Positions 44,236 to 50,810 of a stretch of DNA of 50,810 nucleotides are shown piece by piece (the first letter of the stretch is position 1; every line of letters starts with the position of its first letter). The notes under the pieces are model-generated. The model was not told where the DNA came from, searched no databases, and worked only from the letters and a program-made list of their open reading frames with translations. The translations under genes were made by a program, and so were the position numbers. Source of the stretch: Phaeovulum sp. (GTDB lineage: Bacteria > Pseudomonadota > Alphaproteobacteria > Rhodobacterales > Rhodobacteraceae); NCBI RefSeq assembly GCF_041596715.1, contig NZ_JBFHIA010000001.1:1-50810 (forward strand). The letters run 5' to 3'.

Positions 44236-45141
44236 ATGAGTGCGAAGAAATGGGCCGATCGGCTGCCCTTGGACGATATTCGGGGCATCATTGCTTGGGG
44301 CAGCGCGCTCTATCATGCCTATACTAGGCTCGCCATCGGTGCTGGCCCGTATTCAGATCATGTTGCGGCGCGGATAGCTGACCTCTTTGAGCGCGCGCCG
44401 GATTTGAAGCCAAGCGCATCCAGTGTAAATGCGGCCTCTGCCGCACGGAATCTGGCGAGCCAGCTTGACGTGTTGGGGGCCTCAGAAAGTGCCATTGAAG
44501 CGGCGAGGGACGCGCGATTCGGAGATTTCCAATACTTTGCGGAAGATCTTCACCCTCGCCCCAATGTGACTTGGCATGTTATCCCGATCGTGGCCCAGTT
44601 TTCCCCACCCATAGACCAAGAGTGCCCCATAGCGCTCAACCAAGGTGTGGATTTGGAGGAATGCAGAAGCCTCTTTGAGCGCTGGTATGCTTGGCACACT
44701 GCCCCGACTGAGCAGCTTCGGAACCAAGCTTGGCCTCTTTCCTATCACTGGCCGAATCGCCCTGAGCACTACCATTTCGTGAATTATGTAGCGCCTGCCT
44801 GCGAAGCTCCGCGACCTGCCCAGCGCCCTAAAGGATCAGGGTATTCGGATGCTGCCCAAGACGCGACAACACGTGCTTGGTGTTTGCTCCGCGATGCTTA
44901 CTTGAACGGCGAGAAGCTCTCTGAAGCTGAGGCGATAAGGCAATCCCTTCTCTGCTTCAGGGTCATAACCCCGAAAGAAAGTGAGTGGCGTCTGCCTGCT
45001 TGGCAGAGGGATAAGGGGCTAATCCGCCAGTATTCTGAGGGTGGAGCGGAAAAGCGCATTCGCAAACTTCTCGATGAGATCAATGAGAAAGAGCCTTATT
45101 GGGAACCCGAGCAGCTCGAGCCTTTGAGCGTGTTCGACTAG
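44236..45141 (+). CDS. Hypothetical protein (cargo position between int and alpA-like gene)
   Basis: 301-aa ORF from MSAKKWADRL. Lower G+C (48-53% in two hand-counted lines). No motif recognised. Confidence 0.5.
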   Translation: MSAKKWADRLPLDDIRGIIAWGSALYHAYTRLAIGAGPYSDHVAARIADLFERAPDLKPSASSVNAASAARNLASQLDVLGASESAIEAARDARFGDFQYFAEDLHPRPNVTWHVIPIVAQFSPPIDQECPIALNQGVDLEECRSLFERWYAWHTAPTEQLRNQAWPLSYHWPNRPEHYHFVNYVAPACEAPRPAQRPKGSGYSDAAQDATTRAWCLLRDAYLNGEKLSEAEAIRQSLLCFRVITPKESEWRLPAWQRDKGLIRQYSEGGAEKRIRKLLDEINEKEPYWEPEQLEPLSVFD

Positions 45142-45240
45142 CTTAACAAAACTTCCCCGAAAGTAGCCCAGTTAAAGGGAAATGACGCGGGGCGAAAGCT
45201 GCGGCATGCCCGTAAGTGCAGAAGCACAAACGGAGCTTGC

Positions 45241-45459
45241 ATGATGCAACAAACACTAACAGACGAACGCCTTATGACCCGCGCCGAGGTGCAAACCCAC
45301 TTCGGCCTGACCCAGCGTTTCCTCGAGGTTTCGGCCGTTCGCGGCGATGGCCCGCCGATGGTGAAAATCGGCCGATCGGTTCGCTATCGCGTGGCCGATC
45401 TGCGCGACTGGATTGCAGCCCGGCGCGTCAACTCCACCTCGGAAGAGGTGCGGCAATGA
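45241..45459 (+). CDS. AlpA-family HTH DNA-binding protein / excisionase-like
   Basis: LMTRAEVQTHFGLTQRFLEVSAVRGDGPPMVKIGRSVRYRVADLRDWI. Confidence 0.7.
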   Translation: MMQQTLTDERLMTRAEVQTHFGLTQRFLEVSAVRGDGPPMVKIGRSVRYRVADLRDWIAARRVNSTSEEVRQ

Positions 45460-45719
45460 CGGCAGAGGGATGGGAAGGCAAGTCCGTGAGGTATCACGTC
45501 GAGGTGGCTGATGGTGTGGCGCATGATGCTTACGAGCTGGCGCTGGGCAATGAGGAAAAGTTAGACAACCTGATTGCCGAAGTTGGCTTGGTCCTAAGGA
45601 ATACCGTCAATATTCTGGCGGCGCTCGATCGGTCTGCAAAGCAATCGAGGCGTGACCCAGATTCGGTGGACCCAGAGCAAGCCGTCGCGACTTCCAAGGC
45701 GGAGCGCCGCCATGACTGA
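45456..45719 (+). CDS. Hypothetical protein
   Basis: The ATG at 45456 overlaps the alpA-like stop (ATGA). 87 aa. Confidence 0.45.
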   Translation: MTAEGWEGKSVRYHVEVADGVAHDAYELALGNEEKLDNLIAEVGLVLRNTVNILAALDRSAKQSRRDPDSVDPEQAVATSKAERRHD

Positions 45720-46611
45720 GGGCGAAACCATCACGCGGGCGCTGGGTGGTGACTGGCACGGCAACTCTGGCCTTGCCCCCTGCCCGATATGCCAGCCCGA
45801 GGGGCGGCGCGATCAGCGCGCCTTGTCCATTGCCGATAGCGCCGGGCGTTTGCTGGTGCATTGCCACAAGAGCGGTTGTGCGGTGCTGCCTGAGTTGCAG
45901 CGCCTCGGACTTATCGAGGGCCGCGGCCAGCGCCAAGCCGCGCCCGATCCGGCAGAGGCAGAGCGGCGGCGGGCCGAGGAACGCCAAAGGGAAGCCCAGC
46001 GCCTGCAATCAGCCCATGCCCTATTCGCAGCGGGCGTGAGCTGCGAGGGCACCCCAGCTCAGAGCTACCTCGAGGCGCGCGGCATACATGGCCTGCGCTT
46101 TGCCAAGATGCGCAACACGCTGCGCTTTCACCCCGGTGCGCTACACACACCTAGCGGTCTACACCTGCCCGCCATGTTGGTGCAGATCAGAGGGCCAAAG
46201 GGCGAGGCGCTGGGCGTGCACCGCACGTTTCTTCGGCCTGACGGGTCAGGCAAAGCGGACGTGAGCCCGGCAAAGATGATGCTGGGGCCAGCGGCGGGCG
46301 GTGCCGTGCGCTTCGGTCCTGACGGGCGGGTGATTGCCTTGGCCGAAGGGGTTGAAACGAGCCTTTCAGTTTCACGCGCGTCGCGGTTGACCGTATGGGC
46401 AACGCTTTCGACCTCTGGCCTTAAGGCGGTGATCCTGCCCCCGCTGCCTTAGGCAGAGGTGGTGATAATCGCCGCCGATCACGACGATGCCGGGCTTGCT
46501 GCCGCTGAGGCAACTGCGGCCAGACTTGAGGCCGAAGGCCGGGCGGTTTCGATCATCGCCCCTCGAGCGGCGGGCGCCGATTTCAACGATGTTCTGCGGG
46601 GTGACGCATGA
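45712..46611 (+). pseudogene. Zinc-finger + Toprim primase-like gene interrupted by an in-frame TAG at 46450-46452
   Basis: CPICQ..HCHKSGC zinc motif and LAEGVETSLS (Toprim Glu) precede the stop. Same-frame AEVVIIAADHDDAG..ADFNDVL (Toprim DxD) follows it and ends in an ATGA overlap with the helicase gene. Confidence 0.65.
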
Positions 46612-48482
46612 GCGGCGAAACCGAAATTGCCGCACAGGTGGCAGAGGCGAAACAGGCGGCAGAAGCGAAGAAAGGCGGCGCTGGGCAGACCGGGAAGGCC
46701 CAGCGCAAACGTGCCAGGCCCTTTCCGTTCAAGGTTGAAGGTGGGCAAGTCTGGCGAGAGGTGGAAGCCGAAGGCCAAGACGGCGCGACCCGCAAACGCT
46801 GGGTGGCGTTTGGGTCCGAAGTCAACATTCTCGCCCGCACCAGAACGTCAGAGGGCGAGGATCACGGCAGGTTGCTTGAGGTGGTTGACTGCGACGGGGT
46901 GCGCCACCTGTGGCCGATGCCCGCTGCCTTGCTTGCCGGATCGGGTGAAGGCATCCGGGCTGAGCTTTTGCGGCTGGGTTTCGAGCCCGTGCCCAGCGCT
47001 GGGCGCAAATGGCGCGACTGGCTCTTTGAATATCTGATTTCGGCAGAGCCTGACGCCCGCGCCCGCTGTGTATCAAGTATCGGCTGGCACGGTGCGGCCT
47101 ATGTGTTCCCCGATGAAACCATAAGTGCTGAGGCCAGCGCCGAAATGGTGATCCTGCAGAGTGTCGAAAAGCTCGAGCACGCCTTGAACGTTGCCGGAAC
47201 GCTAGCTGACTGGCGCGACAGTGTTGCAGCGCTGGCGATGGGCAATTCCCGCCTGGTGCTGGCTGTGTCTGCAGCCTTCGCGGCGCCCCTTCTGGCGCTC
47301 ACAGGCGAGGATGGCGGCGGCTTCCACTTCCGGGGCGGATCTTCCTCTGGCAAATCAACGGCGCTGGCTGTGGCGGGCTCTGTATGGGGCGGCGGTGGTG
47401 TTCGCGGCTACGTGCAGAGCTGGCGCACAACTGACAACGCGCTAGAGGCATTGGCGGCGATGCACGATGACGCCTGCCTGTGCCTGGATGAACTTAGCCA
47501 AGTGGAATCGAAGGCGGCAGGAGCTGCCGCCTACATGCTAGGCAATGGCGTTGGAAAGGCGCGCGCTGGGCGCGAGGGGCAGGCGCGGAAGAGCCATGAG
47601 TGGCGGTTGTTATTCCTTTCGAGCGGCGAAATGGGGCTTGCTGACAAGATCAGGGAAAGCGGCGGCCGAATAGCCGCTGGCATGGAAGTGCGGGTTATCG
47701 ACCTTCGGGGCGATGCTGGCGCGGGCTTGGGCTTGTTCGAGGACATTCACGGCGCGGAGAATGCAGCGGCCTTCGCCCAGTCGCTCAAAGCGGCAGTCGG
47801 GCGAAGCTTTGGAACGCCTGCCCGTGCCTTCCTTCGCCAGATCGTAGCGGACCCTGCCGCAACTCGAGACGGCATTGCCGAGCTTCGCCGGGGCTTCGTC
47901 GCAGCGGCTCTGCCGCCCAGCGCTGACGGGCAAGTGCGGCGCGTGGCCGATCGGTTTGCGCTTGTCGCTGCGGCAGGTGAGTTGGCTTCGTCTATAGGCA
48001 TCACTGGCTGGCCAGAAGGCATGGCGGCAGAGGCAGTGTTGCGTTGCTTCGGTGACTATCTGGGCGAACGCGGCGGCAGTGGTGCGGGCGAAGTGGCAGA
48101 CGCGCGGGCGCGGATCAGGCAGGCTGTTGAGGTTGACGGGCACAGCCGGTTTGTTTCATGGAAGCCAGACTCGCGCCGGGCCGTCATAACGAAGGCGCTG
48201 GGCTACGTGCAGCGCGGCGACGAAGAAATGCCCGATGCCGCCCCGGTGTTTTACCTTCACGCTTCTGGCATGCGCGAGCTGCTTGCGGGCCTCGATCTCA
48301 AGTCCGTTCTTGCCGGGCTGGCGGATTTGGGCGTGATCGTTCGCCATGAGATAAGTCAGAAGGGGGCCACGGTTTCGGCTCTCACCAAACCTTTCAAGGT
48401 GCCAAGCGAAAAGACGGCGCTGCGTCTCTACCAATTGAACCTTGCGGCGCTCTTGGGCGAAGAGGCTAGCGCCGATGGCTAA
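46608..48482 (+). CDS. DUF927-type (P4 alpha-like) replicative helicase/NTPase
   Basis: FHFRGGSSSGKSTALAVAGSVWG Walker A and ACLCLDELSQV Walker B. 624 aa. Confidence 0.8.
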   Translation: MSGETEIAAQVAEAKQAAEAKKGGAGQTGKAQRKRARPFPFKVEGGQVWREVEAEGQDGATRKRWVAFGSEVNILARTRTSEGEDHGRLLEVVDCDGVRHLWPMPAALLAGSGEGIRAELLRLGFEPVPSAGRKWRDWLFEYLISAEPDARARCVSSIGWHGAAYVFPDETISAEASAEMVILQSVEKLEHALNVAGTLADWRDSVAALAMGNSRLVLAVSAAFAAPLLALTGEDGGGFHFRGGSSSGKSTALAVAGSVWGGGGVRGYVQSWRTTDNALEALAAMHDDACLCLDELSQVESKAAGAAAYMLGNGVGKARAGREGQARKSHEWRLLFLSSGEMGLADKIRESGGRIAAGMEVRVIDLRGDAGAGLGLFEDIHGAENAAAFAQSLKAAVGRSFGTPARAFLRQIVADPAATRDGIAELRRGFVAAALPPSADGQVRRVADRFALVAAAGELASSIGITGWPEGMAAEAVLRCFGDYLGERGGSGAGEVADARARIRQAVEVDGHSRFVSWKPDSRRAVITKALGYVQRGDEEMPDAAPVFYLHASGMRELLAGLDLKSVLAGLADLGVIVRHEISQKGATVSALTKPFKVPSEKTALRLYQLNLAALLGEEASADG

Positions 48483-48720
48483 GCAGGGGCCAGACTGGGC
48501 GGCGCTGGGCCGGGTGTTTTCGCGCCTGGGAAAGATCCCCGAGGCTCCGCCCAGCGCGGCTGGCCCGCTGCCGCGTGGTGCCGATGATTGGCGCAATGAC
48601 CCGGAACTTGCACGCGATCTAGCCGAAGAGCGCGCGGCAATCATGGAGTTTGACGGCGGGCTAACTCGGGAAGAGGCAGAGGCGCGGGCGTTTGCCGCCT
48701 ATGGGGTCAAGCTGCCATAA
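48475..48720 (+). CDS. Hypothetical protein
   Basis: 81-aa ORF overlapping the helicase end by 8 nt. Confidence 0.4.
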   Translation: MAKQGPDWAALGRVFSRLGKIPEAPPSAAGPLPRGADDWRNDPELARDLAEERAAIMEFDGGLTREEAEARAFAAYGVKLP

Positions 48721-48780
48721 AGCAGGACGCCATTGCGAGGTTGCAGCATGCGCCACTTTGCCAGGCGCGCGGGTTGGGTT

Positions 48781-49062
48781 CTATGGCGTGTTGCCCTTCG
48801 CAGCAAATGCCACGCCCGGCCCGGCCGAAACATGCCCGCCTTCAAGGAACTGAATGCCTTGGGCTTCAAGGGCCAGGCGGATTGCCTCAATCGTTTCGTA
48901 GCGCCCGGTAACTGGCCCGCGCGTTGCGTCGATCCGCTGCATGGTCGGATAACTGATTCCCGCGCTTGCGGCCAGATCGGCGGCAGACCATCCCAGAAGG
49001 GCACGCCCAGCGCGTATTTGCTCACCATTCATTGCAGACACTTTCATAGATAATCTACGCAA
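48781..49062 (-). CDS. XRE/Cro-CI-family HTH regulator
   Basis: IRAGRALLGWSAADLAASAGISYPTMQRID. Start is ambiguous (49062 TTG, 49047 or 49032 ATG). Confidence 0.7.
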   Translation of the reverse strand: MRRLSMKVSAMNGEQIRAGRALLGWSAADLAASAGISYPTMQRIDATRGPVTGRYETIEAIRLALEAQGIQFLEGGHVSAGPGVAFAAKGNTP

Positions 49063-49115
49063 ACAGATAGAAAACCTATTGATAGGTGATCTGTCCTATG
49101 CTATAGATAATCTAT
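49046..49115. promoter_or_regulatory. Operator-like palindromes between the XRE gene and the divergent 49138 gene
   Basis: ATAGATAATCTA(C/T) at 49046 and 49103; the second is a perfect 13-bp palindrome. A nested palindrome CAGAT..CCTATTGATAGG..ATCTG lies at 49064-49093. Confidence 0.5.
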
Positions 49116-49137
49116 CGAAAGAGAAAGGGCAACTGCT

Positions 49138-49434
49138 ATGGCCATCGACCGCGCCAAGATCATGACGGAAGCATGGGTAATCGTTCGCCGCTTCAAAGGG
49201 AATGGCGAGCCCCTGCGGTCGGTGCTCTCGCGGGCACTGCGCGTCGTATGGGACAATGTGAAAGTGGCCGCCCGCGTGGCATCGGAAGTCGCCGCTCGCT
49301 TCGCACGCCCCGCGCGCGCTGCCGAGACCATCCGCCGCGAAATCTACTCTTTCGAGTGCAAAGATACTTTGCGCGGTAATGATTGGAACACGCTGCGCGA
49401 GCTGAATGACGAACTGCGCCGCGCTGCGGCCTGA
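49138..49434 (+). CDS. Hypothetical protein
   Basis: 98-aa ORF with GAGAAAGGG upstream. Confidence 0.45.
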   Translation: MAIDRAKIMTEAWVIVRRFKGNGEPLRSVLSRALRVVWDNVKVAARVASEVAARFARPARAAETIRREIYSFECKDTLRGNDWNTLRELNDELRRAAA

Positions 49435-49446
49435 CTACCGCCCACG

Positions 49447-49731
49447 ATGACCTGGAAGGACAAACAAATGAACGCCTACACAAACCCGCTCCGTATGCAC
49501 GGATCAGTTGTAGCCACATCGCCCGAAGTGATCGAGGATCACCTGGACGCGGTCTATAACTGCACCTGCCTACTTAGAAACCGAGTCGACGCGCTTCTGT
49601 CTTTCGAGGAAGATTTGGCGGGCTTTGGCATTACCGCACCTGACCTAAAAAGCTTTGGGTCTGCCCTTATGGGCGTGATCGACGCAATCAACGACAAGGT
49701 GAAGAATCTCGAGGAACTCACGGCGCGCTGA
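49447..49731 (+). CDS. Hypothetical protein
   Basis: 94-aa ORF. An alternative start is at 49468. Confidence 0.45.
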   Translation: MTWKDKQMNAYTNPLRMHGSVVATSPEVIEDHLDAVYNCTCLLRNRVDALLSFEEDLAGFGITAPDLKSFGSALMGVIDAINDKVKNLEELTAR

Positions 49732-49764
49732 GGCAGAGCGGAGCAAGTTGAAACATGCGGCGTT

Positions 49765-49795
49765 AGAGCCCGGCAATGCTGCCGGGCTCTTTCCA
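49765..49795 (+). terminator. Rho-independent terminator
   Basis: AGAGCCCGGCA-atgc-TGCCGGGCTCT followed by TTCCATT. Confidence 0.55.
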
Positions 49796-49799
49796 TTCC

Positions 49800-49950
49800 G
49801 CCCGGCGCTGGCCCCCTCGCCTCAGTCCTTCAGCTCGAGGCGCTGCCTGCAGCGGTGCTGGCCCCTTGCCACCACTACCCAGCGCTGGGCCACCTCGCCC
49901 TGGTCCTGCAGCTCAGGGCGCCGCCTGATGCGGTTTGCCCCCGCGCCCCG
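49800..49950. repeat. GC-rich repeat family, two tandem ~77-bp units
   Basis: CCCGGCGCTGGCC..CAGCTCGAGGCGC at 49801 and CCCAGCGCTGGGCC..CTGCAGCTCAGGGCGC at 49878. Related to the unit at 50680-50790. Confidence 0.5.
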
Positions 49951-50186
49951 GCATGGGCAGGGAACCTGTCGCGCGGGTTGCACTGGGCGCAGCGCTTCGC
50001 CTTTGACCTAACGGTGCCTTGAAAGAATGAGGCATCCCGGCTCTGCGGCTGCGATCGGGCGGCGGCTTAACAGTATCAACGCGGCGCGCGGTTAAGCTTC
50101 TTGACGCTTAGCAACGTTGTGGGTCCTTCCGGGTGTTAAGGCGTATACGGGGCGGCAAAGCGCATGCTTTTTCAATGGCTTACCGA

Positions 50187-50202
50187 TTAACTAAGCCTTA
50201 AC
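50187..50202 (+). promoter_or_regulatory. Full CtrA-box-like motif TTAA-N7-TTAAC
   Basis: TTAACTAAGCCTTAAC, inside a cluster of six TTAAC/GTTAA pentamers (50067-50220). Confidence 0.35.
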
Positions 50203-50311
50203 AATGCGCCGCGCCGTTAAAGTGTGCTCAATTGCACAATCGGCGGTGTTTGGCATCGTTTCTGGACCTCGTTCTGACCACCTTGGCGCGCATCGGCCTC
50301 GGGCGCGTCAA

Positions 50312-50321
50312 GGGGGGGGGG
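50312..50321. repeat. Homopolymeric G10 tract
   Basis: Direct reading: a, then ten g, then tagg. Confidence 0.9.
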
Positions 50322-50521
50322 TAGGTCCAAAGTCCCGAGCCCTCGAGCCGCTAGACCCGCGCCCCTCTCAGGCAGAGGTTTTTTTCTCTGCACCGCTATT
50401 TATCTGTAACCCCATGTTTTCGGGCCTATTTTCCGCGCGTAGGGGATCGTGATTTTCACGAGATTTCGCCACGCAGAACGCGGAATAGGTCATATTTTCC
50501 CGCCCGTCTACTTCGGCAAAT

Positions 50522-50637
50522 GGTAACAGCGCGGCGAGCGCGTGTTACCTCTTTTGTTACCTGCCATAGGATATATTACCTTTTAATAACTTATAGTTAC
50601 AAAGTATGGTTACAGGTTACAAAGGTAACAGCGTTTT
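50522..50637. repeat. Iteron cluster 2 (GTTACC/GGTAAC family)
   Basis: GGTAACAG at 50522, GTGTTACC at 50542, TTGTTACC at 50554, TATTACC at 50574, GGTTAC at 50608 and 50615, GGTAACAGCGTT at 50624-50635. The last is the exact reverse complement of 43861-43872. Confidence 0.65.
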
Positions 50638-50670
50638 TCAGCGCCTGCTTCAACTTCGGTGAACCACCCC

Positions 50671-50810
50671 GCCCCGGCTTTTGCGCCACCGCTGCCGCCC
50701 AGCGCCGGGCCGTCTCGACCTGGTGCTGCAGCTCGAGGCGCGGCTTGCAGCTTCGCGGCCCTGCCCGATCGGCAAGCGCAGGTTTCGCCCCGGCTTTTGC
50801 GCCACCGCTG
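50671..50810. repeat. Direct repeat with 116-bp period, cut by the window end
   Basis: The 24-mer GCCCCGGCTTTTGCGCCACCGCTG occurs at 50671-50694 and 50787-50810. Confidence 0.7.

Larger units (their letters stand above)
42308..50810. mobile_element. Element C: P4-like integrase / AlpA / Toprim / DUF927-helicase element; right end beyond the window
   Basis: Gene content and order, a tRNA fragment next to int, and iteron clusters at 43.9 and 50.6 kb. Confidence 0.55.

Noticed and set aside
49748-50011. An 87-aa ORF across the GC-rich repeats.
   Set aside because: It is encoded entirely by repeat units and has no SD. Its Arg/Ser/Pro/Cys-rich product is implausible.
50204-50452. A phase-variable gene containing the G10 tract.
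   Set aside because: The ORF is short, has no SD and has poor composition, so the G tract is treated as intergenic.

Overview
High-GC alphaproteobacterial DNA, judged from the mipZ gene and the ffh-rpsP-rimM-trmD-rplS-rpmE synteny. Bases 1-9.7 kb are ordinary core chromosome: ycjXF-like pair, LysR regulator, ffh, three tandem GNAT genes, chorismate mutase, ribosomal operon, mipZ. From about 9.75 kb to the window end the DNA is accessory. It looks like a tandem array of integrated elements whose junctions carry minus-strand tRNA 3'-end fragments at 9753-9769, 37304-37353 and 42308-42355.

Element A (about 9.77-37.3 kb) is a mobilizable island. Its backbone has a MOBQ-like relaxase, MobC, a TM-less VirD4/TraG-like coupling protein, ArdC and an SprT-like protein. 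I recognise no mating-pair-formation genes and no integrase of its own. It carries three defence-type cargo modules:
1. A seven-gene same-strand operon: RHH, SNF2 helicase, DUF4391-like, Type III Mod, Type III Res, DUF3644-like, phosphoribosyltransferase-like.
2. A hipBA module with four 27-bp-phased operators and a translationally coupled third gene with ChaC/GGCT-like motifs.
3. An operon of a ubiquitin-like protein, an E1 (ThiF) protein and a Cys-rich DUF6527-like protein, placed divergently from an XRE HTH plus ImmA/IrrE peptidase pair.

Element B (37303-42319, 5.0 kb, bounded by a 13-bp direct repeat) encodes both a tyrosine integrase and a large serine recombinase.

Element C (42.3 kb to beyond the window) is a P4-like integrase / AlpA / Toprim / DUF927-helicase element. 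It has two GTTACC iteron clusters 6.6 kb apart, an in-frame TAG inside the Toprim gene, a TTAAC (CtrA-box-like) cluster and GC-rich repeats.

The best candidates for a novel system are the Ubl-E1-DUF6527 operon, the extended Type III RM operon and the three-gene hipBA module. All family assignments come from motif reading by eye; no database search was possible.
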